Positions 38,351-51,419 of a DNA stretch of 64,000 nt are shown piece by piece. This DNA comes from Octopus sinensis (Eukaryota): assembly GCF_006345805.1 (NCBI RefSeq), contig NC_042997.1, positions 76,632,001 through 76,696,000 on the forward strand, read 5' to 3'. The notes under the pieces were generated by a model. That model had not been told where the DNA came from, did not search any database, and saw only the letters and a list, made by a program, of their open reading frames with translations. The number at the start of each line of letters is the position of its first letter. Positions within the stretch are counted from its first letter, which is position 1. The translations under genes and the position numbers were made by a program.

Positions 38351-39905
38351 TTTTGAAGAGAGGTTATAGGATCCAGTGAGACATGTGTAAAGCTAAGCAT
38401 TTTATGGATGCGAAACCCTGGGTAACCCTATGAACCGGCCAAAAGTAACTTTCTCTAAGTTAGTGTTCTTTGAAGGCTGTGAGCTATGAAAATGTTGTCA
38501 CTTCTCTTAAATCATTCATTCACTTCACGCCTTTGAAGACACAGGAAGTAAGATATCCCTTATTTGAGAACAAGTAAGGGTTAGTCACAGGAAGGGCATT
38601 GGGCTGTAAAAACAATCTCTCAATAATATATTTGTCAAACCACAAGCAGTTAAAAGAATGAATAAATGAATGAATGAACATGTACAGATGTCCCTGATAT
38701 GTAGTTTAATTATTTTTATTAGCCAATTAGGAACTATACTCTACAAAATCATCTTGGCTAGAATGCCTTTGGTTGTAATTTTATTTGATCAAGGTTGACT
38801 AGGCCTAATCAGCAGTGACTAACCAAATTTTTTGCAACTTACATTCTACTCTTTTAAAAATACAAAACCACACTTGGTAATATTAAGCCAGAAAAAAAAA
38901 TTGACTAGCCATATCTGAGATGCTAGTTGTATAATAAAATGTCAATACTTATTAACACACAGATCATCTTGAAACATAAAACAAATTTTAAAGCAATGAT
39001 TTTGCGCAAAACAAACAGTGAGAATGCTGAAAAACAGTTGGAGTCATAGTTCTATACAGACAACCGTTAGGAACAAAAGCTAATCTAAACATGCCTGGAA
39101 TTACAACAAAGGATACCAAAATATCAGTTTTCACCATTCCTTTATATTAGAGTCCCACTCCAATAATGATGTTACTCCTTATATTACATTGTTAGTAACA
39201 AGAGGAGCTAACAAACTTAAGTTGAAGTGCATTACATGCAAAATACAACATCCAAAGTAGGCAATGAACATATATAGCCTTAACTTTAAAAATTTTAACA
39301 TCAGGCAGTGCTCCAGCATGGCCACAGCCTTTGGGTTCAAATGCATAAAAAATCCTCCAGTATACACTAACAATGTAACCTTTAAAGGACTGAAAGCTCT
39401 TTCAACATGTAAAATATTCACAATACAAGAAACAGTGTTATGAACCTAGCTATAAGTATGACTCTTCAAATCTCTACTCTTTCAGAAAGCAGGATAAGCT
39501 GGCCTTATAAATAAAAATCATAGAGACAGTACATAGATGCCACAGATGATATACAAATTCTAGCAGGGCATAATATCAGACTTGAAATGCAAACATTGAA
39601 GATAACATTGAATTTTAACCCAACAACATGAAATACATTAGCATAATAAATATATAAATACCACATCAACCATGTAGCCAGGCTACATGTCCCAGCTGTG
39701 ATAATAAAATACTCTTAGACACCTTCATTGAAAGAGACTTCTGCTTGCACAATACATCTAGTACAAAACCTATACAGATAAACAGACATGTTGGCACACA
39801 AGTAACTACCTATGCCTTAAACAATCTACACATTCCAGTAAATTTATTACATCCCCTTTCCAGGTGTCTATTCCAATAAAAATGCAAAAATGAGGTTTTC
39901 GAAAT

Positions 39906-42900
39906 TTTTATATCTTGGTGTTGGATAATTAATTTAATGAAGCAGCGGGGAAAGAAAGTATTCACATGATGCACTATGATTGGTGTTACGCAAAGTTAAA
40001 CGCTCTCTTCCAACTGCTCACAGTGAACTGCTTACCTCAATTGCTGACTATTCTTTATTTATAGCAATGTGTCAGTCCACTTTTAGTCACTTGGGGGGTG
40101 GTCGGAATCCTTCCACAACATCTCCCCTTTTTAGAATTAGTCTCCCCTAACTTCTTCCCTCTTGAGAATTAAACTCTGCTCAGAACTTTAATATTTCTTA
40201 GGGTTCAATTCCAGTATTTCTGTTCTTTTTTGTTTTCTGGTGTTAGAACATGTAGCTTCAAATTGTTTGGGTGTTGGTACCTCAAACATGTACAATATTT
40301 CCATAGGGATTTCGTTTCTTGTGACTGTTTTTTCCAGGAATCATTTTTTAAGTTGGTTAATATGTCATTTATGTTTGACATTTTTTCCTTTTACTAGGAA
40401 TATCATTCTTCCACTTTGTTTAATAATTTCACTGTTCTCCCAGTTTTCATTACCTAACTTTTCTTACCTAACTTGAAGAATTTTGAAGTATTTTTGTTGT
40501 TTGTCTTTTTTCTGTTTTCACTCAGTCTCAACTTATCAAAAATGGATCTGATCTTTCTAGAAAACATCAATTCTAAGGGTGACATTCCAGACAGGGTATT
40601 TGGATTAGGTGTTATTTGGTACACTCTTAGAAATTGTTGAAGTGCAAGGTTGTCCATTACTTCATTGTTTGCCTTTTTCAATACTTTCTTAAAAAGTGTA
40701 AAAAAAAATGCACCACTTCTCCATTTGACATAGGATGATATGGCAGAGTGGTCACATGTTTGCTACTGAACATTTTACAAAATTTTCTGAACTCAGTTCC
40801 ATTATCAGACACAATGGTATCAGAAATACCATACCTGGCAAACAGTTTGTGTAAAAAAAAAACTTACTATAACCACAGATGTCGGCTTTTTACACTTATG
40901 TATCTCAGGTCACTTTGAAAAACTGTCTACCACAACAAGGTAATACGAACCCTTAAGTGGACCTGCATAATCAACATGCAGTCTGGACCATGGAATATCT
41001 GTTTTTGACCATGGTTGCCATTTAGTGGCAGGTGCTTTCGCAGCTAAGGGTACACCCTCTGCATGCTTTTGCTAGTTCTTCAATGTCACGGTCCATTGTT
41101 GGCCAATATACATAACTTCTCATTAACGATTTCATTCTTGAAATCCCTGGGTGACCAATGCGAAATTCCTTTAGTAATTGTTTCTGTAATGTGACTGGCA
41201 CTATGAATCTTTTTGCAGATATCAACAAATTGTCACACATTGAAAATGGGTTTGCATTTGTGTTGCACATATTTTTATCTCTTTTAGTCCTCAGTATTTC
41301 TTTTATTTTTGTAATGAATTTATCGTTTTCTGATTTTAATTTTATGTTTTGTAAAGTGATTGGCAGATCACACATGATGTTACACAAAACATTTTGAATT
41401 TGATTTTCCACTTGCAACACAGCAATCATGGTATCTTCAAACGGTTTAGTAGTTTTTAAAATCAGTTTTGATAAACAATCAGTGCGTCCTAACTTCTTGG
41501 ATGGTATATACTCCAACTTAAAATCATACTTAAATAATATAGTACCCCAGTATTGCAACCTATTAGCAGTAGGGATTCCTTTCTTTGACCCATATATAGA
41601 TAATAACTGACAATGATCAGTCTGTAGTTGAAAATTCTCTGAAATTATTTTACAGCAAAAAAATCACTAGAGCCTCTTTTTCAATTTGGCTGTAATTTTT
41701 TTCTGCTGATATCAGAGAATGTAAAGCATGAACCACTGTTTTCATGTTACCATCTTTATATTTATGTATCATTACTTCTCCTACTGAAGCTACTAGAATC
41801 ACTGTTGCAGGATCAAAGTGTGCTAACAACAAATCAGATGTTAATATTTTTTAATTTCGTCAAACAACTTCTGACAATTTTCCGATCAGTTCCACTTTAC
41901 ATCTTTTTTAAATAGATTATTTAGTAGGACTCATACCTTATGCATATCTGGAATATAATTTTGGCAATAATTCACCAGTTTCAAAAAAAGCTTATAAGGT
42001 CACTATATTTGTCAGAGGGGGCATATTTTTAATTGCATCTGCCCTTGACGGATCTGGTTGATGCACATTTCTGTCAATGATTTGTCCTAAATATATTATT
42101 TTTGGTAAGAAAAATTCACTTTTTTTCACTCAAAGTAAAGCTGTAATACCTAATTTTTTCAAACACATATTTTATGTGCTCTACATGTTGGTCCTGGAAT
42201 TCACTTTTCATGAGTATATCATCCAGATATGGAATTGCGAATTCACAGTCCGCTAACATAACATTCATAATCTGTTGAAAAATTGCTGGTGTGATTTTTA
42301 AGCTAAATGGTAACTTGTATTTATGCAGTCCTTCGTGTGTGTTAATTGTTAGGTATTTAGAGCATTCACCGTCTACTACAATTTGTATGTATGTATCAGA
42401 GAGATCCAATTTAAAAAATGTCTCTGATTTTATTATTCTTTTTCTTAACCTACACAGTTAGTGATGCCCATTGATGATATTCCACTTTTTGGATAGCTCC
42501 AATTTTTTTCTAGTCTCTCTAGCTCCAAATTTATCTGTTCTAATGCTGCGAATGGTTTAAATGCTGGTATGGCATTTTCTTTTATTTGAAATGTCACCTT
42601 TGTTTTGGTGCATAGACCTAATTCATCAGACAGAACTTCAGGAAAAATCTTTTTTAATTTTTTTCTAATTTGTCTGACAACTTATTTGTACTGGCAGAAA
42701 AACCATTCACATTTTTACCAGAAAGGTTTATGGGGAAGTCCCATTAGTTAAATAATTCTATCAAGTCAGTTCCGAATAAATTTGTCATATTATTCATCAC
42801 AAAAGCTTTGGCTTTTAAGGTTTTATCACAAAAAGTAACATCACTTATCAATTTGCCCTTAAAATGTAATTTTTTTCCTGAAACACCACATGCAATTTTC

Positions 42901-44073
42901 AAAGTTTCTTTTAATCTAGGTCTCCTGATTTTTTATCGAGATATCACTGCCTGTATCCAATTGTAACTTACATTTGTGTTATTCATTTTTACATACACAA
43001 ATTTTTTTTTTATTGAACTGCTTTTTAGGTTTTGTTTTACAGTATGATTTTCTATGACTTACCATTTTATATTTTTAAACATACAATTACTTTTAAAATG
43101 TAGACCACTGCACCCATAACATGGATTCGGTCATGTCATTTTTTTCTCTTTTTTCTTATCCATTACCAGATGACAAATATGAATATGAGAGCAATCTTTT
43201 TCTTCAATTTTATCTGTGTCATGTCTTAAATTTATAATCCTCTGGTATTTTTATGCTATTGCCTGTAGAGTTAATTTTTAGTCCTGTTCTAATTTTGTTA
43301 ATATCTGGGAATGTATATCTGCATCTTTGAACAAAAATTAGACATTTGAACATGTTTGGGGTTAATTCATTTCATTTGAATTTTTCACATTCTCTGTCAA
43401 CATCCCCAGCATTGGTGACAAAATCTTGATCATCTTTTTTGACCAAATTTAAACATTGCCAGCAAGTATTGGACAGGGAACTTACTTCACTGAAAATTTT
43501 CAGTAAAAAAATTAATTGCTTCATCAAAACAAATCTCAGTGGTTTCTTCGGCAGAATATAATTACTATATTTTTCATGTTCAGCAGGGAATAACTTTCTT
43601 AAAATGTGGTCATATTTTTTTCTCATCCATCCAATTTTTACATTGTTCTAAAGATTTCTTCATATCTTCGAAAATATGTAGAGAATGTAATCCCTTCTGG
43701 TTTATAGCTGAATTCTTCAATTGAACTTGCTACGCTGTCTTTAATATTAATTCCTGCAACTGTTGGTTTTGTTGTTGTTGCAACTGCACCACAGGGGTCA
43801 ATAAGTCCTCCATATTATATGATTTTTCTTTGGTTTCTCACCAAAAAAAAAAAAAAAATCACAATGTCCAACTCAAACTTCAAACAACTTGTCACCATTT
43901 TTATATCCTGGTAAATAATTTAATGAATAAATAATTTAATGATAAATAATTTAATGAAGCAGGGGCAAAGAAAGTTTTCACATGACACGCTGTTATTGAC
44001 AGTTCTCTGTTTTATAGCAAAGTGTCAGTCCACTTTTAGTCACTTAGTGGGTGGTCGGAATCCTTCCACAACA
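39906..44073 (-). mobile_element. Ty3/Gypsy (Mag-like) LTR retrotransposon, 4168 bp, decayed gag-pol
   Basis: 5-bp TSD GAAAT (39901-39905, 44074-44078). LTRs at 43899-44073 and 39906-40120. PBS-like TGGTGACAAG and PPT TAAAAAGGGGAGA. RT (DLSDTY..PAIFQ..YLDDIL), RNase H (NYSQIEKEAL), integrase (HPGISRMKSLMRSYVYWP...C..C). Confidence 0.95.
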
Positions 44074-45849
44074 GAAATTCAACACCACCACATTCACCAG
44101 TATAGAATGACAGTTAATATTTCTGTCCTTATAGCTGAAGATTAGAAGTTTCAGAATCAATCATGATTTTTTTGTAAAACACTGCACTCTTGTGCTGCAG
44201 CTTTACATTCCAGTAAGGTCCTCCTTGTCTACTCCTTGATGTCATATTTCCATTTTCATATTTTTTGCTTGCAAGCTTTTTCTGTCCATGCAGCTCTTGA
44301 GGGTGCAACTTTTGAGGTTCTAAACCCTGATAACATGGCCAAAATATTGCAGTTTTCACTGTCTGACTATTATGAAATTATCAATCTTCTCTCAAACTAA
44401 ATTCTTCATTTTATGAGCCACCCAACTGATTTGTAGCACTCACCTGTAGCACATTATCTCTAATACCCTCAGTTGCTTAGTATTTATCCACCCGTAGGGT
44501 CTATGCTTTACACTTATACAGTGTTATAGTAAATAAATTTAGTAAGAAAATTGTAGAAGCTTCTAAGAAATGTGATGTATAAGTTTGCATATAAAAAATA
44601 AACCTTATTACACAACTGAAACAGTCAACCTCATCAGATTTAAGGACAACCTCAGCCACAACATACAGAAATGTAGGTCAATATCAAGGAATATAACAGA
44701 AAGGTAAGGGTATAACAAAGAAAAGAAATAAAATAAAAGCTGATACAAACATAGACACTCACCTAAAATACCCAGACCCTAAAAGAGTTATTGCACTCAA
44801 CCTCTCCAACTATGCCAAATCTACAGAATTTGGGAATTAGGTATAATTATAACAATTTTTAATAAGGTACAAATTTCCAACTGAAGAAATATTGTATAGA
44901 TCAGTACTTCGCAAACTGAGCAGTACTGTGGAAAAGTTTATCTAGGTACTGAGAATAAAGAGGGGTAATAGCTGTTTCTATACAGTCTTTTTAGTATTTG
45001 ATTCCTGTTTAAATATTGATTTTTAAATGAAATTATAATATAACAAAATGTTTGTTAATCACAACAATAACAAATGTGAATAAGTAAATAAAACAATATA
45101 TGCCATTTGCAGTATTTCTTGAAGTAGGGTGGTGCTGCATCAAACTAGCTCAGAGAACTGGTCTGATAGTATGTGTCAATATCAAAAACAGAGAGGAGTT
45201 TAAATCCTAGCAAGGGATATTGAAAAAGTTTTAGTAAAAGAAAATGAATGATAGTTAAAAAAATGGTTTGTGAAGCACTGACATAGATCAATTCCCTTTT
45301 AAAACACCCTTCCTCAATAGTTGTATAAAACTACCTTTGATATGACAAATTCACATATTTTCCTTTTGAATGCACAAATGGATTCTCACCACTACACCCA
45401 ATAACTGCCAAAAATATTGGTGTAATTCAATAAATTATTTACATTCATTGCTGCACAATTTTGGTTTCAAGCTTATTTAAAAGAAATCAGTATTTCATTT
45501 ATCAAAGCATGTTGTTGTTTAGCTCTATGTTAACCCTGGTTGAGCATATCTATGATCAAAAACATTTCAGCCATAACCATCCTGTCTTAAGGCTATTTTA
45601 GAACTATACATGGAGATTAGGTGACAGTAAAGAGACTCCATAATAATGTTCATTGAATAAGTGGTTTTCATTAGAACAATTAAATTTAAGCAGGAACTAT
45701 TATTAAAACATGGAAGAAACAAGCATAAATTAACATAAGCTTAATAATTTGAAGATAACTAAAGAAAGTATTTAGAATATATAATAAAAATTGCATGAGT
45801 GAGATCCTACAGTGCTAGTAATTAATTTCAAATACCTTTTATTTTATAG

Positions 45850-46024
45850 AAAGAATCCAAGATAAGTTTCCTGATAAAGATTTAAAAATTTCTTGGGTAT
45901 TTGTAAAATGCCCTCCTGAAGATGAATGTAAGAATTCACACCACACTTGTGATGCTACAACCGAGAAGTGTGTTGATACACCAGATTCCTTCAAATGTAT
46001 TTGCAAACCAGGTTATAAAAAAAG
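45850..46024 (+). CDS. MEGF8: MEGF8 internal exon (Ca-binding EGF-like domain), phase 1 to 2
   Basis: ttttatag|AA AGA...AAA AG|gtgatt. Translates ERIQDKFPDKDLKISWVFVKCPPEDECKNSHHTCDATTEKCVDTPDSFKCICKPGYKK. CPPEDEC follows the previous exon as in MEGF8. This exon is missing from the ORF track. Confidence 0.92.
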
Positions 46025-46754
46025 GTGATTTCATTTGACTTTGTACCTCTTATTTTTTGTTTTTGTTTTCTGTTTTTATTTACATTTAAATTGTTGTTCA
46101 TGCTTACTCTTCTCTGCTGATTGAATATAACATTTCTTTTAATTACAATTTGTGAGGAAAGGTATCAAGTATGTGTCATGAACTCATACTTAGAAATGGC
46201 AAAATGCATTAATAGAGTAAATCTACAAAAGACCTTATCACAATGAAACAATATGTAAAAATATGACAACAAATGTTATTCACAACACACACATAAGGTA
46301 AAATAGTAAAGTTGTTACAGTGTCAGATAAAATTCCTTGGATCATTTGGTTTGGCTCTCTGTATTCTGAGTTGAATTCATATTGAGGTCAACTTTGCTTT
46401 TCTCCTTTCAGAGATGATAGACAAAGTACCAGTCCATTGTGGTGAACTAGCAGAAAGACTGCCTGCAGGCAGTTTTCTGCTAGCCCTTTGATAATATTTT
46501 CATATTTGATTCCCAATTCTTATCATTTTTATATTTTACGTCTAATTATTTTTTTGTATAATAGGGCTTACTTGCTTAGTAAGTATTGTTTTCATTATTT
46601 TATTTTATCATAATCTCTCTTTTCTAAACAAACATCATGGTAGTCCAACAACAGAGGGAGAAGCATTTTGTCAAGTTTTGCCTTCCCTTCAATGCAACAT
46701 AGAGATTTCAATTCAGCAGCCCTTCTGTAAGCTTTGCAGTCTGAGAGAGAGAAA

Positions 46755-46802
<48 letters not shown>

Positions 46803-47747
46803 ACATTGCAAACAATGAATGAAATAAATATGAAATGAAATAATCGTATAAATAAAAGGGCATTACTACAGATGTATATGCTCCCAACTTTGTTGCTTCA
46901 TACCATCCAGAAAAATGGATACTTTTTAACAAAATTTTCTACAAATACTGCTTAGATGTTGTGGCTTGAGAGTATATAAGGATTTAGGAGAAAGAATTTT
47001 TCCGAAGGGGTAGAGAGAGTTTTGGAAAATACAGACAATCTGACTTTTTTTCCTCATAATTTTCAAGAAGATGGGTACCTTTTAATGAAAATTTATCCAA
47101 ATACTTTTCAAACAGCATAGATTATGATTATAAAGAAATTTGTGGGGAAAATTTTTTCAGGGATTTTCCTCATTTTTTTTTTAAACCACAGCCTTTGAAA
47201 TGATGGCAGGGAGGGATTTTTGTATGAAAAAAAGTTTTGTAAACTCGTTTGTTTTTTACACCCCTCCCTCATCATCCCACCCTGGACATATTTTGACCAA
47301 TTTTTTTTTGCACTTCAAAACCATGGAAATTTTTTAAAAGGTTGTTAATATTTTCAGAGGGAAAAGTGAGTGATTTAAGGGAAATTTGGCTGTTGTTTCT
47401 AGCATATCCAAAGACAACCCTCCTCATTTCTTTATCCCTCTCACATGTATTGATGTTTTTCAATATTTTTTCCCCCATAAATACATTTATATGCTATGAA
47501 AAAGAAAATTTGAGAAATTATGTATTTTTTGCAACCCCACTCCTTGCCCCTGATTGTTTCTGTTTAGAAATTAAAATATTGGAGAGCCTGAAAAGGTCAT
47601 TGCTGGTATTTATCCACAGTGATTTAAAAAAATTACAGAGATGTACTTGCATAGCAAGTACATCTGAGATTGTGTGCTGAAACAAAAACAATTGCAGCGT
47701 AGATGTTTGTAAGCCATTCAAGAACACACAGAAACCATCAGTTTCAC

Positions 47748-47950
47748 GGAACTACTTAAATACAGAGGTCCTGATGCATCTACATAACGATATGAAGGGG
47801 AGGGTTAGTTTTAGGGTTAGTTAGGGTTATGGTGTCATTGCACCTCCACACAGCGTACATTTAAAATGTTTTGTACATAACACCTGTATTTAAGTAGTAC
47901 CTCTGTATTTAAGTAATACTGTTCAGGGACCTTTGTATTTAAGTAGTACC
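47748..47950. mobile_element. 203-bp MITE with 8-bp TSD (Merlin- or hAT-like), nested in a SINE
   Basis: TSD AGTTTCAC (47740-47747, 47951-47958). TIR GGAACTACTTAAATACAGAGGTCC / GGACCTTTGTATTTAAGTAGTACC. Subterminal tgtatttaagta repeated three times. Confidence 0.88.
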
Positions 47951-50249
47951 AGTTTCACTTCAACATTAAAATTTCATTTGTGTCAAAATATTTTCTTCGC
48001 TTTGAAACCGTGACCTGTTCACTGACAAAACTTTGCAAAAGTAATGCAGTGTGAAGTTTTGTCAGTGAACAGCAAACACACACATGCACATATACATTAA
48101 TTGCCTTTCATTTGTGTGTATGTTTATCTATGTGTGCATGCAAGTGTGTCACTCTTGAAGTCGCTCATGCAACTTGTTTGTGTATATATTGGCTTAGTAG
48201 TACAGAGTGTTTAGAAACTATGAATAAAGTGCAAATTTCGAGTGCTTGTTGGTAACTTTTTTTACCTCCTCGTCTTCTAATAGTAATTACCCAACTTTCT
48301 AGACTCTTCTCACAGCTATCCTGCATTCAAAACTCATATGGGTATTTAAAAATTTTTCATTTAATAAATACTAAATTACGTATACATTAATAGAATAATA
48401 AATAATAAATTGTGTATACATTGATAGAATAAACTGTCGATTTTCCAAATAGTGAATGAAAACTTAAAAGAGAAAGTGAGAGACTTTGTAAATGAGAATG
48501 GAATACTCTGCAGTGAATGCAATGAATATTTAAATTTGTGAATTGGATGCAGTGATTGCAATAAATATTTGAATTTGTGAGAAGTTGGAGTTAAAAAATT
48601 TCAAGAAACTTGAGAAATTGAAATTTTAGGAAATTTCTTAGAACATGAATTTATAAAAATATTTCCAGATGGTCAACCCTTTAATAATTGCTTTCTTTTA
48701 GTACTTTTAGTAATTGTTACATACCTAATTAATAAGCAGCTTTCTCCATTATAGTATAGATTGACTGAAAGTTGATGGCATTGGATAAGCCACCTCATAC
48801 TATCTAATCTATCTCTCTGCATTTTGAGAGCAATGCTTTCCACCATACTGGTAGCAAGTTACATGAGCCCTTGCATTTCCCTTGGACAATATTAGTAGCA
48901 CAGAGAAGGGAAAATAGCATGCATGGGCAACTGCTTGTCATTCAGAAAAAACTTTTTACTGAAGTCTGTACCTTTCAGAAGAAACTTTCCAGGTGCAGAT
49001 CTGTAAATTCATGAGGCATATGGGGTCCCAATATATGTATATTTTTCTTTGAGTTTAGTTTAAATTCTTATTGAGAGAGTTCAAGTTCATTTCTAACAAA
49101 GCAACATGACTTTTTGAGTTAAGTGAGTTATCAGTGTTTGTGCATATGAGGTTGATTTGGTATTTTGGTTGAACTGTTGATGCATGCACCCAAATGTGTG
49201 CATCTGGTCACATAAGAATCTCACATGGAGAATTTTTGGAATGTCTTACAAATCTTCACTGTGCCACTTATAGATTAGATTTGGAGAACCTATGTCAATT
49301 TTTCAAGTGTTTCTAGATTTTGTGCAAATTTGTTGGTACATAACCTAATGCACCTATGATGATGGATACAAGAACTGTAAGTTCTACATTAATTTGCCAT
49401 AAATCTTCTTTTTCTCCAGAACTTTTATTGTACACTCATGTCTACTGGGCAGCTATATGTATGAATGTATGTATTCCTGCATACACACACATATATACGT
49501 ACATGTGTGTGTTTATTATGGCAGGAAGCTTTCAGAAAAAATCAGCAAAATTCCATAAAGTGGATACATAGAAACATTTACACGAATGAATCTATCTACT
49601 TATAAAATATTTTCAATTCATAAATGCTCAGATTCAATTAAAAAAACATCAATAAATAAACAAAGAAAACACTTTATTAAGAAATATGAACCATGCAATA
49701 CTTTGATTAATAATCACTGTGAATAAAGGTGAAGTTATAAAGAACAAAAACAAACATTGCAAACTAACACACACACGTACGATATGTGAAATCTGATCTG
49801 TTTATAAGCTTGTGTTTGACCTCAGTTTCACACCAGTTGCTGACCGAAGTCAGGATTCTATCTGATTAGGCTGAGGTTAATGTTACTGTTTTGGCAGGCT
49901 TCATTGGGTATTTGGGAACTCAGTAACTTAATTTTCAAATGTAGTCTTTGTATTGTAATGTTTTTAGTTATGTATTTTCATGGCTAAGGTGTTTGTGCTG
50001 GGTAGTGGAAAGTATATATATATTAGGTTGGTTATGACAAAGTCATGTATTTGTGGAGTTTGGGATATGTGCTTCTATCTTTCTTATGCCATCCATCTAT
50101 GGGTGGGATATTGAGCTATCATTGAATTTCTTAAGGCCTGTTCCACCTGCTGTTAAACAATTTGTGTCTCGATATGAAGATATGATATATTTTTCCTATA
50201 CATAGCTTACATCTATTTCCTCTTGCATGATACGGTTTAGCTGTACTAA

Positions 50250-50480
50250 TTATCTCCTATTCCATGGTATAGCTATGGTTTCTATCTTTAAGGGACAAGA
50301 TTAGTTTGCTTAGACTCGTGCTGTTCATCTTTCTTTTATCTTTAAATGAATTTAAATGATTAGCTAGATTTATTTTGAAATTTAGTGAGCAGGCCCCCAT
50401 ATAGAAGTATGTCCTTCCCTCAGAAGTGCTTTTGCATTTATATACTAGGTTCTTCATCAAGCATCTAGAATTTAAGGGGT
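50250..50480 (-). mobile_element. Penelope-like GIY-YIG fragment
   Basis: KNLVYKCKSTSEGRTYFYMGACSLNFK...NH..SF..K...STSLSK.I..LK. Confidence 0.75.
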
Positions 50481-50689
50481 ATACTTTATTCCTTGCACAA
50501 TTACAGAGATCTAGTTCCCTGTTCCTATTATTTATTGTTATAGTTTCTGCTACATGTCTCTGCTGCCCTTCTTCCTATTCATCTACTATTTTTACTAAGC
50601 TTTCTCACCATAGGTGTTTGTGAGCTGCTATTTCTGGTTCTTTCCTGTGGTGTTATAGACTTGTGTTCAAGTTGTCTTCTCTTGAGGCC

Positions 50690-51258
50690 CTTTGTCACCA
50701 GCAGAGGTAGGATCTCTTTGAAATTTGCCCAGGCTATTCTTATTCTAGCAGCTACACTTTCAGAGCATCCACCCCTGCCACTGACTTAGTCACCCAGGTA
50801 ATGGAAGCTATCAACTATTTCTAGTTTTTCTCCCTGGATTGTGACAGAAGTTGTTCTCTGCACATTTCCAGTGTTTGTTGCTCCTGAGCATCTACCACAT
50901 ACAAAATCTATCTTCCCAGTTAGCGTACCTTTGATTTTGTTGCACCTCTTATGTGTCCATAGCTTACACTGGGTACATCTTATAGAGTTTCTACCTATGC
51001 CTTTACTACAGATCGAGCAGGGCCATCTACCTGAAGGGATTTGTGGTTCATCTGCCTTCCTACTTATTAAGACTTTGGTTTAAGCTAGGTTGACTCTAAG
51101 GCCCTTCGATTCTAATCCTTGCTTCCACACCTGAAACTTCTCCTCTAGCTCTGATAGTGAGTCAGCAATAAGAGCAAGGTCATCAGCGTAGAGGAGCTCC
51201 CAGGGGCATCCTGTCTTGAATTCCTCTGTTATTGCCTAGAGGACTATGATAAATAGGA
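50690..51258 (-). mobile_element. RTE RT internal fragment
   Basis: Homologous to ~16350-16900 and 59290-59660 (LLYADDL, GEKLEIV, YLGD). Confidence 0.85.
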
Positions 51259-51419
51259 GGGATGCACACACATTTACAAACACACATGTATCCACTTGTA
51301 TGTCCAAATATGTAGTAGAAAATGATTGAGATCCTTAAAGTAAAATAGGGGAGTTAAAAAATTTAACATTAATTAAAATGGAGATAAGGGAAATTTAAGT
51401 TGGGTTTCATAATAGATGT

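Noticed and set aside
38385-38430. GCAT/ATGC-GAAA-CCCTGGG-TA half hammerhead
   Set aside because: There is no CUGANGA-like core upstream, and it is on the opposite strand to the nearby PLE fragment.
49812-49860. Hammerhead relic (minus strand CTGAC..GGTCAG caa CTGG..GAAACTGAGGTC) near a PLE fragment
   Set aside because: G8/A9 are missing, and stems I and III do not pair.
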